Below, piece after piece: positions 25,349 to 38,022 of a DNA stretch of 64,000 nt. The number at the start of each line of letters is the position of its first letter. The first letter of the stretch is position 1. Origin of the DNA: Nemertoderma westbladi (taxonomy: Eukaryota > Animalia > Xenacoelomorpha); the NCBI GenBank assembly GCA_032718475.1, contig JAUCBJ010008029.1, positions 17,690-81,689 on the forward strand, read 5' to 3'. Made by a program: the position numbers and the translations under genes. Under the pieces are notes generated by a model. That model was given only the letters and a program-made list of their open reading frames with translations, did not search any database and had not been told where the DNA came from.

Positions 25349-26927
25349 CCCTATTAAACCCGGGGGGGGGGGGGGGGGGGGGGGGTCAATACAATATGAC
25401 CCCCCCCCCGTGGTTTTTTTATTATAATTCTGAAACAAACGCAGTTGGGAATCTGAAATTTTATGACTTTTCCTAAAAATCTATTGTCTTCATGGTAGTG
25501 AAAACCGTTTTCAAAAATATTGGGTACTTTTCAAGTTATAGCACCATTTTTTAACCCTACTTTTGGCACTTTTTTTGAGACGTTTTTTGAAAATTACATT
25601 TCATTAAATATGAATTGTAACATCTCTACTTTTGATTTACACCGGTTTTTTGGTGTTAGAAATTGGATGGAATTCATATAAATTGATTTAGAAATTTCAA
25701 ACTTGTTTTTTTCGATAGGTGCCAAATTTTGGTGCCAGCACCAAAATTTGAAATAAATCAATTTTGTAAATTGATTGTTTGAAACTTGTTTTTTACGCAA
25801 TTGGGGTTTGTTGGGGTTCTGGATTCGATGAAATATATACGAATTGCACCAAGCGTATCAAACTTGTATTTTTCGGTGCTGTGTGCAAATTTTGGTGCTA
25901 GCACGAAATTTTGAAAATCCATTCAATAGATAAAATTGCTTGTGACAATTTATTTCTTGCGTTTTAGAGGTTTATGGCTGTTCTGAATTCAATGGAAAAT
26001 ATAATTATCGAACTAGACATCTCAAACTTGTATTTTTCGGATGTGGGTGAAAAATGTGGTGCTAGCACCAAATTTTGAAAACCATCAAATATATCAATTG
26101 ATTGTGTCACCTTGTTTCTTGCGTTATGCGGGTTTGTGATGGTTCTGAATTCAATGGAATCAGTAAAAATTTCATAAGAGTTCTCAAACTTGTATTTTTC
26201 GCCGGTTTTTGAAAATTGTTGTGCCAGCTCCAAATTTTGGAAAATATGCAAATTGATAAGTAGATAGTATCACCTTGTTTCTTGCGTTATACGGGTTTAT
26301 GAGGGTCCTGAATCCGATGGAATCAATAAAAACAGCACTGGACATCGCAAACGTGTACTTTTTGGTGATGGGTACGAAATTTGGTGCTAGCACCAAAATT
26401 TGCCAAATTACGCCGAAAAATACAAGTAGGAATGATCTGGCATATTAGAAATGTATTCCATTAGAATCAGCGCCCTCGAAAACCTGAGAATGTGAATTTA
26501 TAGCATCGTATAAGTGAATTAAAAATTTTGTGTTCTAACTGAAAAGTGCTGGTTACTTGTTTTTTTCATTTTTTTCCTACGCAGAGAGGACTAAACGCCA
26601 TTTATAGTAATCATATCATTTTGTTATTTTTTCCAATGTATTTTGCACCCCAGAAAACCTGTATTGAAAAATAATTAGCCGAAAATGTAACTTTCAAATT
26701 TTGTGAAAATTGTGCACTACTTGTAATTTTGGTGCTGCAATATAACCACCCCAGTACATTATTTCGAAAATTTTTTTTTTCGGTCGGATCCAGACAAGTG
26801 ATACCTACGTACAAACAAAAAATCAGACGTTTTCGTAAATATTTGTAGATTTTAGAGGGGGGGTTCAATATGACCCCCCCCCCCCCCCGGTATTTGTACA
26901 ACATTTTATAGCCCGGTACTAATAGGG
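25349..26927. mobile_element. Non-autonomous piggyBac-type element with degenerate internal repeats
   Basis: TTAA on both sides (25345-25348, 26928-26931); termini ccctattaaacccgg / cccggtactaataggg; no transposase. Confidence 0.85.
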
Positions 26928-27247
26928 TTAAATAATTTATTTTACAACAACCCAGTAATCCATTTGGAATCTCGACTCGATCCGATCTGCAGTGTAATTC
27001 AAATAGTGGCGAGGACCAAAACAATATTACGTAATTTTATCCGAAAATATTCTAGAATGAAACCGTTTTATAGTTTTGCAATGTAAAAATGTATGTTTCT
27101 AGTAAGGGGGTTTTGGTATAGATGATCAAAATTAATGTTTATCACCCTTTGGCTTTTGTTTGACGCAAGTATCGTTGTTCATCATGCAGCATATAAGGGA
27201 AAAAGGGTACACCTTGGCTTCGCTATACAAATGTACCTGTAGGAATT

Positions 27248-28770
27248 GTGAAATGCCCAGCTAAAGAGCAATACATTTTTGATTACAGTAACTTTAACCA
27301 ACAAAAATTTATAGAGGAACTGGCTCTCCCATCCACTTGGACATATAATAACACAGACAAAACACTAGACAACAAATTCACCGCCTTCTATAACGATTTT
27401 GACTCTGTATGTAGAAAACATTTACCTCAAGTAAAACTAGATACCCACCACACCCCACGTAAGCCATGGATATCCCAAACTCTTATAAACTCAACCATTA
27501 AAAAAAACAAAATGTATGCATCATTAATGTCCCATCCTACACAAGAAAAACTAAATAAATATAAACAATACCGCAACATTCTTACCCTATCACTCCGTAT
27601 AGCCGAAAAAAATTACTACGCAAAACAATTCGAAAATAACGCACATAGCACTAGGAAAACATGGAAAACAATTAATACAGCACTGCATAGAAACAAAAAA
27701 CTAACTTCCCCAAAAAACTAACGGTTGAATCTGCAAACGGCAAAATTGAAGTAACCAGTCAGTGCGACATAGCGAACATTTTTAACACACACTTCGCCTC
27801 AATTGGCCCGCAGTTAGCAGATAAAATTCCAATATCTACCCGGTCCCCTACCCGTCATATAACCCACCGCCAAATGATCTCCTCCGCATTAATGGAAACA
27901 TCCCAAGCAGAAATAATATACTACATACTGGATCTTAGTAACACTACTTCAACCTACGATTACTTCCCTGTAAAACTAGTAAAAGCAGCAGCCTATGACA
28001 TCGCACTCCATTTAACATATTTATTTAGTCAATGATTCCATACGTCATGCTTACTTTACCAACATAGGCCTACTGAAACAAGCTAAGATTACACCAATTT
28101 ACAAAAACGGAGATCCTACAGACAAAAACAATTATAGACCCATATCCATCTTACCACTTTTTAGCAAATTGTATGAACGAGTTATATATAAACAGCCAAC
28201 TTTTAACCTACCTCAACAAATACTGTATACTAACATCTTCACAATATGGATTTAGGAAATCAATAACTACCATTGACGCAATATTCACTTCACAGTAACC
28301 CAAACCATACAACAATCTCTCGACAACTATAACTCCTCTTGCTTAATCGCTCTCGACTTTCGACACAATAAACCACGACATCTTGATCCAAAAACTGAGC
28401 TGTTACGGTATCCGTGGACTCCCTCTCAAATTAATCTCCAGTTTTCTTTCAGATAGATCCCACGTTGTGTCAATTGACGGTAACCTCTCAAATCATACTA
28501 CTGCCCCCTGCGGCCTTGCCCAAGGAAGCCTCCTCTCCCCGCTATTATTCTTATTATACATAAATGACTTACCCAAGTGCACATAACTACTAACTGCTCT
28601 GTTTGCAGATGACACCACTCTCCTATACAACCACAATAACCTGGAAACTTTAATATCAACCGTAAACTCAGAACTTCTTAAAATAGATGACTGGCTTACT
28701 GATAACAAACTGTCCCTCAACTTAACTAAAACCGAATACCTAATATTTACGAACAAAAATTGCGGTTCTC
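27248..28770 (+). pseudogene. Decayed CR1/L2-group LINE ORF2 fragment (reverse transcriptase)
   Basis: KPWIS, KTWKTIN, NYRPISILP, QYGFR, GLAQGSLLSPLLFLLYINDL, FADDTTL, NKLSLNLTKT across frameshifts and stops. Confidence 0.9.
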
Positions 28771-29055
28771 TCCCTAGTGTAATACCGTTCTATTCTAGTA
28801 AACCGAAACTTGGTATATATATTAATTTGTCAACGCCAAGCTGATCAGGGCATGAATGAATAAAGCAAAATAAAACCCAATGAACCCTCACAAAGAAGCT
28901 CACAAACTAGGGCGCTAATCCTGTAGTAACCACCTCCCGAACCTCCCTTATTTGGCTTAGCACAACGCACAATGTTTAGCTCGGCGTCTACACTTCACCA
29001 ATTACCCCTGCCACCTGCTGCCGTGTCATCAGTCATGATTGACCTCATGTCCATG

Positions 29056-29815
29056 AACTAAATGTTGTAATTAAGGGAAAGGAGCAGGTTACAGTGGCGG
29101 TGATTTCTAACCGAAACAATAAACGAAACTAATTTTCGTAATTAAAGGGAAAGGAGCAGGTTACAGTGGCGGTGATTTCTAACCGAAACAATAAACGAAA
29201 CTAAATGTTGTAATTAAGGGAAAGGAGCAGGTTACAGTGGCGGTGATTTCTAACCGAAACAATAAACGAAACTAAATGTTGTAATTAAGGGAAAGGAGCA
29301 GGTTACAGTGGCCGTGATTTCTAACCGAAACAATAAACGAAACTAAATTTAGTAATTAAGGGAAAGGAGCAGGTTACAGTGGCGGTGATTTCTAACCGAA
29401 ACAATAAACGAAACTAAATGTTGTAATTAAGGGAAAGGAGCAGGTTACAGTGGCCGTGATTTCTAACCGAAACAATAAACGAAACTAAATTTAGTAATTA
29501 AGGGAAAGGAGCAGGTTACAGTGGCGGTGATTTCTAACCGAAACAATAAACGAAACTAAATGTTGTAATTAAGGGAAAGGAGCAGGTTACAGTGGCGGTG
29601 ATTTCTAACCGAAACAATAAACGAAACTAAATGTTGTAATTAAGGGAAAGGAGCAGGTTACAGTGACGGTGTATTCTAATCAAAACTATAAACGAAACTA
29701 GATTTCGTAATTAAGGATGAAATTCGATTTGGTAATTAAGGGCAAAGTTCGGGTTACAGTGACGGTGTTTTCTAAACAAAATAATAAACGAAACTAGATT
29801 TCGTAATTAAGGAAA
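29056..29815. repeat. 71-bp tandem repeat, about 10 copies
   Basis: aattaagggaaaggagcaggttacagtggcggtgatttctaaccgaaacaataaacgaaactaaatgttgt; related single copies near 30520 (reverse) and 62870. Confidence 0.95.
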
Positions 29816-29993
29816 ACCAACGAAAAATATAAGTGTATAATATTAATAATTAATGTACCGGTATTAATATCCTATATCTATTTATATAAGTCTATATGCT
29901 GATAGGGCAGCGCAGTACGTTGATCCTACTTGGGGCGAGTCGTCGAGTCGCAAGTCGTCTAAAGGTTTTATTATTAGTGGCCACCACAATGGC

Positions 29994-30808
29994 CAGCCCT
30001 CCCAGCCAAAAAAATCGATGGAAAAAAGGAAAAAAGGAAATTATATTTTCAAAGAAAAAGGAAAAAAAGGATAGGATGCAGTTCAAAAAAAGGACATAAC
30101 GGATCGGATACGGTTCAAAAAAATGGAAAAACTGAACTGATATTATCTTTAAAAAAAGGATAGTAAACATTATATTTCATTAACCTTATATAGGCCTATT
30201 AAGAAACGTCACTGTATGTTTCTAATTGTCACCTTTTTGCCTAGTTATCAGAGATGGTTGAGTTCGGACTATTGATGGTCATTGATAGAGGTTCATCAAA
30301 CGCTTGTAAATAGAACTTTAGTTTGAAAGAAATATAGGGCCTAAAAACTTTGATCGGGATTTCCGGTCGTGGCTACATTTAAATAAATAACAAAAATACT
30401 TTTAGAATCAATCAAAATTCATCCATCTCCAGGGGAAAACGGATGCAAATAATAGCTGATTACGAGCAAAAATGAAACTATAACCGTGTTATAGGCTCTA
30501 CTTTATTGTTTGGTTAGAATAGACTGCCACTGCAACCTGTTCCTTTCCATAAATTGAAAAACGACAATATTAATTCACCAAGGCGGGTTTTGTGTCAATA
30601 ATAATAATAATAATAATTGTCAATATCATCAGCAAGCTGAAGTTGATCTTCTAAACCAAAAAATGTGACAAATGTGTGAAATTGTGTGAAAAAAGTGTAA
30701 AAATGGACAAAAAAAGGATAAAATGAAACGTTCTAAAAAAAAGGAAAAAAAGAAAACGTTCTAAAATAAAGGGAAAAAAAAGGAAAAAAGGAAACTCTGG
30801 GAGGCCTG
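29994..30808. mobile_element. Possible MITE with 12-bp TIR
   Basis: cagccctcccag / ctgggaggcctg termini with A-rich aaaaaagga subterminal motifs at both ends; imperfect flanking duplication aatggc/aaaggc. Confidence 0.45.
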
Positions 30809-31346
30809 AAAGGCTTATTGGGTGGCGTATTGCTTTTGGGATTTCGAAGTGCCTGTTTGTTATTTATTTTTCCTAGGGAAAAAGTACTAATTTTGTCCCG
30901 ATTTTGGGGTATGTTCGAGGAAAAAAGTAACAATTCTTAAATTAATTGTTACTTTTTGGCTCGAATATACCCTAAAATCTGGACAAAAAGTAGGACAACA
31001 AATAGGATACAATACAGAAAATACAGTTAACTGAGTTCATAATATGAAAACCGCGTTTTATGAGTAGCTTTAGGCAGAAAGCAACGTAATAGAGTAATTT
31101 TCGAAGCAAAACAATCATATTTTCTAATGAAATCATTTGCTGTCAATTAAAACAACGTTGTGTCTAAAAATTAAATGCTCATAATCTGCTTACATCATAA
31201 TGTCCCGCACTTTACACTGAACACCATATTTTGTTTGTACAGGATAGACATATTACTAGAGACAGACCTAGCGGCCCGTGAAGCAAGTCGTACGATCGTA
31301 GGAGACAGTCAAGTAAAAGCTTTTTGTTCTGTCTGATAATAAATTA

Positions 31347-31592
31347 GTGTGAGGGTAGTCGCGGTGGTGTACGATAAATTTTCTAGACAACTTCAAACTA
31401 TAATTTTTATGTTGTCATCATCTAATGAATTATAAAAGCTGTTGTGATTATAGAAGATAGAGAGCAGTTAGCGATATTATTATTTTATTCTATCGGATAG
31501 AGTAGTCTGAGTCTCAGAGAGGAGTCGAGGTGTCAATTGATTAATAATAATAACAGCAGTTGTCATGAATTCAATACAATCGCGCACAAGAA
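31347..31592 (-). repeat. Dispersed ~240-bp repeat, copy 2
   Basis: Reverse complement of 23820-24057. Confidence 0.85.
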
Positions 31593-32178
31593 GTGATACA
31601 AATAAAACAAGTTGAGATGTTTCAATGTAAACCGCGATTATCACTTTACACTGTTCAATGTAAACCACGATATTAATTAAATACAACAATTATATTATTA
31701 TTATTATAACAGGGTTTTATATTTCAAACAATAATGTTAGGGAGAATCATTACGAGGCGGAGTAAACATTCAGCCCTATAAGTATACAGCCTCCGCAGTA
31801 TTAATGTTGGCACAAACATTTCAAAATAAAACAATAATTCGATAAGAGCATAGTACAATACACTGTCTAGCATAACTTAAACAACAGTCATAACTTAAAC
31901 AACAGTCATAGCTTAAATAACAGTCATTTAGCTTGCACGCCAATTAAATAACAATGGGAAGAGTTATTCAGCTGAGACTGTAATAGCCAGCTAAACCAAT
32001 TAATGTTTGCTTACAGTATGGGTTGTAGAGTAGAGTGATAATACTTGGCACAGAAAGTACTTATTTGTTAGTTGGCCTTCCTATTGAATGCATTACCAGG
32101 CAATCTCTATATATTTTTCATGAGTGCCAGCTGATGGTGTTTTTATCATTGCGCCAATGGCAATTTTCGTGGCAATTC

Positions 32179-32563
32179 AGTAGCCAGTAGTCAGTAGTCA
32201 GTAGCCAGTAGCCAGTAGTAAGTAGCCAGTAGTCAGTAGCTAGTAGTCAATAGCTAGTAGTCAGTAGCCAGTAGTCAGTAGGCAGTAGCTAGTAGTCAGT
32301 AGCCAGTAGTCAGTAGCCAGTAGTCAGTAGTCAGTAGCCAGTAGTCAGTAGCCAGTAGTCAGTAGCCAGTAGTCAGTAGCCAGTAGTCAGTAGCTAGTAG
32401 TCAGTAGCCAGTAGCCAGTAGTCAGTAGCCAGTAGTCAGTAGCTAGTAGTCAGTAGCCTGTAGTCAGTAGTCAGTAGCTAGTAGTCAGTAGCTAGTAGTC
32501 AGTAGCCTGTAGTCAGTAGTCAGTAGCTAGTAGTCAGTAGCCTGTAGTCAGTAGTCAGTAGCC
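32179..32563. repeat. 7-bp microsatellite (agtagcc/agtagtc/agtagct)
   Basis: Direct tandem repeat. Confidence 0.97.
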
Positions 32564-33267
32564 TTTTTTTCTTACAGTAATCAAGTCTAACGACTTGCTA
32601 ATAAATAATAATATAAATATAATGATGTTATGTCGTTTGCAAAGCACAAATATGTGAACTTGTAATCTGGAGTACTTAGTTTGTTTGTGGTGTTTTGTGT
32701 TATGTGGTAAACAGGTGTCACGCACTTTATGTAAAGTGCGGGAAAAAAACTATAAATATCAAATGAAGTAAAGTAAGCGGGTTTATTTAGATGAAAGAAC
32801 TTCAACTGGAATAATCATAACAGACAGTTTAATAACTTCATATCAATATTTGATATTAAGACACTATGAGAAAATGCATGAAGATCACATATATTTCAGT
32901 AAATATCCTCAAAATTTTAATTCATATATTTACTAGATTTTTCATACTCTGAATAATATTTTGTAGGCCTGCCATTAACCCCTTCCTGGCTGGAGCGTAC
33001 CACTGTACATGTACTACAATCTCCTATATGCGCCACGGCCTAAACCGTTATTAACCTTCGCTGGCGTTCGGTAAATAAAATGCCTCAAAAATAGTGAAAA
33101 TAATAAAGTTCTACTTTTAATCCCAAGTAATAAATAATTATTACTTACAGTTAAACATGAAAATTAACTTAATATTATGTAATAAAGAAAATAAAGAATA
33201 GAAGTAGCTATAATTAAGTAATGTAGTAGCTATAGTAAATATAATTTATTGAATTATTTTTAGAAAA

Positions 33268-33396
33268 ATGAAGATGATGATAATATTATTGGTTGTAACA
33301 GCCGTTTGTGTTGCGAATGTAATGTCGATAGGAGAGGCAGTCAGTGATGTTCTGAATGAACGAGAAGTGGACATGGAGTTGGAAGAACGATGGGCG
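33268..33396 (+). CDS. Coding exon 1 of a secreted cysteine-rich peptide precursor (MKMMIILLVVTAVCVANVMSIGEAVSDVLNEREVDMELEERWA)
   Basis: aaaaATG start preceded by an acceptor-like ttatttttag; hydrophobic signal peptide; acidic propeptide ending LEER; phase-0 donor gtaatg at 33397. Confidence 0.82.
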
Positions 33397-33528
33397 GTAA
33401 TGATTATAAGTTGTAAATATTAGAGAATCTAGTTATTATTAGTCAGTATAAATTCGGATGTTTGGTATACTAACGTTTATAAACATAGTGACTACAAGTA
33501 AACCGTTTACTTTATATTTTATTTGCAG

Positions 33529-33609
33529 TGCTCCGCTCCCAATTGTAACTCATGTTTGGCACAGTGTCCTCCTGCAGTACAATGCCTGAATCATTATGAT
33601 GATTGTTAG
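33529..33609 (+). CDS. Coding exon 2 of the secreted peptide (CSAPNCNSCLAQCPPAVQCLNHYDDC*)
   Basis: Polypyrimidine tract and tttgcag acceptor at 33528; TACTAAC in the 132-nt intron; phase-0 join gives six Cys and a stop right after the last Cys. Confidence 0.82.
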   Translation, partial: CSAPNCNSCLAQCPPAVQCLNHYDDC

Positions 33610-33802
33610 AATCCATAAACTCAACCTCCGAACATCAACTCGCACATCACTATCAAACATTAACTTATTCACTGTGGTGATGGTTACTGATTTAGGCCTA
33701 AAGTTTTCAAAGACAGAAACAAACCACATCAATCTCGTTTAATTAAAGAGGATCACTCCAATAATTTACTTGTTTAAAAAATATGTGGACTTGTATTATT
33801 AA

Positions 33803-34190
33803 CCCTATTAAACCCGGGGGGATATGACATCACCCCGTGGATTTTCTGTTATAACTCTGAAAGAAACGGAGTTGGGAATCTAAAATTTTAGGACTTTTTC
33901 TAAAATTATATTTCCTTTCTAATAGTGAAAACGGTTTTCAAAAATATTGGGAAGTTTTCGAGTTATAGCACCATTTTAAAAAATGGTGCTATCCTACTTT
34001 TGGCACTTTTTTTGAGACGTTTATTGAAAATTACATTTAATGAAATTTGATTTGTAACATCTCTATTTTTGTTTTATACCGGTTTTTTGGTGTTTGCATT
34101 TAGATGGAATTCATAGAAATTAATTTAGAAATATCAAACTAGTTTTTCGGCTGGTGCCAAATTTTGGTGCCAGCACCAAATTTTGAAATA
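33803..34190. mobile_element. Truncated second copy (left end) of the 25349-26927 piggyBac-type element
   Basis: TTAA|ccctattaaacccggggg followed by ~390 bp matching the first copy. Confidence 0.85.
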
Positions 34191-35405
34191 TTGCCTTTTT
34201 AAGAGGTTCAGATATTCTCAGTGATGTGTTGAACTGATCACTGGCCGATGAGACAGGATTTACCAAACCAAGGCCCCCAAAACGATTAATAATATCTCTA
34301 AGCCAATCATCACATACAGAACCAATAACGGCAGGTATAAGACGATTTCGAATGGAGTCCTCTAGAGGTTGAAATATACTGCTATCTTCACCAAAGCAAC
34401 GTTGAAAAAAGTCCAATTTGAGCTCAGCCCATGGGTGAAAACAGCATAGGCCGCATGTGGTTGTGTCTCAGCCACCTGCACTAAATTGTCAAGAAGCTCA
34501 CACCACCCTAGGACCTTGCCCTTCGCATAAGTGGTGGAGTGGAGAGTACTCAGCTGTTCCAATTACACTCCCCAATAGGCGCTCACCCTGGTCAGTAATA
34601 TGAACATCAATGCCCTTAAAAATTGACTGAGCTTTCTCAACTAGACCAGGTTTGACTACCAACCATGATTTTTCAGCTTTGGTGTGATATCCAAATCCCA
34701 CAATTTCCTGATATCTAGAAGATTACCTATGCCATTGGAGTCATCAGCAAACCAGACGGAATTTATTCGAGTGTGGTGATAATAGGTAAGTGGATTAATG
34801 GATATGCCGTACCAGGGGAATGCTAAAGGGTCACCTTGGGTTGTTCCTTCATTGAACCCACGCTCGATAACACCACAGAAAAGGCGTATTTTCCTACGAT
34901 AAGTGTTAATGACATATAGGGATATAGCAGGGCAAAAAATTATGATGTTATGGAGGGCTACTGATCTGTTCAACATGTTAAAGGAATTCGGTGCATCAAT
35001 CATTAAAATACCCTCATTCTCATCCTGGTTAAACTCTTCAACCAAAGAATGTTTTGCTGCTTCTACTCCAGCTGAATGCCCTCCCGCCGTCTTAAGAGGC
35101 CCAGCAGTGTGTTGTACCTCCTCTTTCACAACACTTACTATAATTCTACCTATTAGCCGCTTAAGGACTTCCCCAACACTTATCGGACGAACTCCAGGAT
35201 TTTTATTTAAAGGTATAAGACGAGAGGCTACAAGGGCTTCAATGCTATTAGGGTCAACAGGCAAAGGCGCTGGGCTACTTTAGCGATAATTTGGCAGAGG
35301 TCAGTGGACTTTGAGCGAAACTCTTTTGAGCAGAGAATTCTCCTTAAAGATTATGTATCAAGGCCAGAAGGACCCGAACCCCCTCTTATCCCTAAAGCAG
35401 CTTTA
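34190..35405 (-). pseudogene. Decayed CRE-clade (RLE-type) non-LTR retrotransposon RT region
   Basis: GSGPSGLD, ASRLIPLNKNPGVRPISVGEVLKR, GVEAA, EGTTQGDPLA, WFADD, KSWLVVK, GERLLGSVIG, RFGGLGL; several frameshifts. Confidence 0.88.
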
Positions 35406-35454
35406 GCCGCCCGCCGCTGCCGCTCGCCGCTCCTGTGGTGTATCATGGCCTTAA

Positions 35455-37151
35455 CCCCTTCCGTACGGTGACATACCTGGTATGTCACCATAAAGTGTAC
35501 TGTGACATACCTGGTATGTCATGGTTTGTTTACAGTTCTATGCTCAGTGAAAAGATGCAGTAGCATGAATGGTACATTTTAAATTACTCTCAGGGCTCTC
35601 CATGGTACTATGCTTTTGTAGTTTGAGTTCTGGTAGTCTGACAGTGTGTGGTTTACTGCTGTACTTACCGGTAGTACTACCATGAAGGGTACTGTGACAT
35701 ACCTGGTATGTCATGGTTTGTTTACAGTTCTATGCTCAGTGACAAGATGCAGTAGCATGAATGGTACATTTTTAATTACTCTCATGGCTCTCCATGGTAC
35801 TATGCTTTAGTAGTTTGAGAGTTGGCAGTCTGACAGTGTGTGGTTTACTGCTGTACTTACCGGTAGTACTACATAGCTATTGGCTATAGCTCTGGTACAG
35901 TGGTGGACTGGTAGTGTGTGTCGTTATGTAGTACCAGTACAGTAGGCCTAGATATCTGTTTATGGCGGGTGTATGTATACCCAGTACGTCAACGGAATCG
36001 GTTGCTACGATTTGGTTATGATGACGGTCACACGAATTCCGATTCTGGATTCCGAATCCTCGAATTCCAGGGATGATGATACCGATACCGATTGATAGCG
36101 TAGCAATTGATAAATACAACCATACAATGGGTGGAGTAGATATAACCGATCAATAATACGTTCTCATCATGTAGTGCCGCTCGCCGAACCCACGCGTTGT
36201 TTAAAAAACTAGGCATTAACTTTATTCAGCGCCTATTATTGAATGCGTACGTTTTATACAAACAAGAACAAAAACCTGTAACACGAAACGAGAAACCTAA
36301 AAAAATCGTATTCACGGATTTTGTGTATCACTCTGTGGCCTTTCTTACTGGAGTTCCTGATGAGAACAAACGAGTTACAACAAAGAAGAAGTCGACTCCT
36401 GCTACCTCATCCCAGCCACAAACGATACCTCGACCACATATATTAGAAAAGATAATATCGGCCGAATCCAGCAAACCACAGAAACGCTGCCGTGTGTGTT
36501 ACAAAGCTGGAATCCGAAAAGCGGTTAGATACGAGTGCACTTCGTGTTTAGATAAGCCTGGACTATGCCATGGTACTTGTTTCGTAACCTATCATGCGAG
36601 TTTGGCCTGAAACTATTAACTATGTACCAGACTATATTTCCGTACCGTATATATCTTTTTATATATATATGTACATGTATATATAATATATTTACATGAT
36701 ATAATTAATGACATATGACAATGATAATGACAATGTTATCAAACATCCTATAAATTTAAAAAAAAAAAATTTTAAAATTAAAAAAAAAATTTTATATACA
36801 GTACTATTATATACAATTTAAAATAAATATATATACACATATATATATTATATATTTATTTATATATATATTTAAAAAATATATTATATATATTATTATA
36901 ATATATATATATACAGTATATAAATATAATGAAATATGTACTAAATATATAATATATATAATAAATATATATATATATCAATATATATATACAAATATAT
37001 ATTATATTCACTATATGTGGCATATATATGCACAAAATAAGTTTGGGTACCCTTTTGTTAGAAAAATATCACCATAAGGATCTCATATAAAAAAATATTT
37101 TTTTCAGTGCCCTAGATGTATGCTTTTTTTTTATCTTCAGTATGGAAGGGG
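35455..37151 (+). mobile_element. Internally deleted piggyBac DNA transposon
   Basis: TTAA at 35451-35454 and 37152-37155; TIR ccccttccgtac / gtatggaagggg; ~190-bp internal direct duplication; transposase C-terminus present. Confidence 0.92.
36090..36610 (+). pseudogene. piggyBac transposase C-terminal fragment
   Basis: YNHTMGGVDITDQ catalytic motif (disrupted frame), LLNAYVLYK, and the cysteine-rich domain KRCRVC...YECTSC...PGLCHGTCFVTYH. Confidence 0.92.
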
Positions 37152-37152
37152 T

Positions 37153-37640
37153 TAAAGCAGCTTTAAAAACCATTTCACCTGTAATAGATGAGAAGGTGCT
37201 TCGAGGAATTAGCTCAGTAGGACCCCTTCTTAGTGCCTAATCAAGTGAGAACCCGGCAGATAGCTGGTGGATGTTTCGAATATAGTTCTTCAACAACGCT
37301 GCTGCTGAGATCTAGGAACCCCCCATCTGAATTCTCAAGTAATCTAATCGCTGCACTTATCTTATCTTCAAAAACAAGTTTACTAAAAATCCTGGCAGTA
37401 TCCATAGGTTTTTTAGCAGGATATGATTGTTGAAGCTTTTTTGAATTGCTAGAGAGTCACAAAGTAAATCCTCGAATTTACCACAAGCCCACAGCTTTAA
37501 CCTAGAGGAAAGGACAGTGCAATGTTCTGAGGATGTAGGATGTTTGAATGCGGTTTTTGTAGAAGAAGATGGGGCATAATAGAGACAAGTTTGAATGCTA
37601 CACCCTCTAAAGGAGAGCCTGACTCCCTAAAAATCCTAAT
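37153..37640 (-). pseudogene. Upstream part of the same CRE-clade element
   Basis: IMPHLLLQKP motif; reading continues across the insertion as ITGEMVFKAALGIRGGSGPSGLD. Confidence 0.8.
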
Positions 37641-38022
37641 ATTAGTTATAAATAAAATATAATTTTTATTGCTGTACAAATAATTCTCTACAACTTTATA
37701 TTTCATAATTTTTAAGTAAGATTTATATTTCTATATAAATAGTGAAAATTATTATCTTTTTTATTGTAACTAATATTAATTACAAATAATTAATTAATAA
37801 CAAATAATTAAAATTTTTTCCACCATTCATTCGACCATATTTGATTCACTACAACTTTAAACTTCAAACTTTAACTGTAAACTCCTCATTTGCCAAGTGT
37901 ACTTCAAGAAATTGTGAATTGTATGATTGATATTATTTATAAAAAATTTAGGTTCTGAGGGGCATATCAGAAAGTGGATTTGTAGACAAGGGGTTAAACA
38001 TTTCGGAAATAAAATTTTTTAA

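Noticed and set aside
32751-32758. TATA box for the peptide gene
   Set aside because: TATAAATA is common in this AT-rich DNA, and the 5' UTR exon cannot be placed without transcripts
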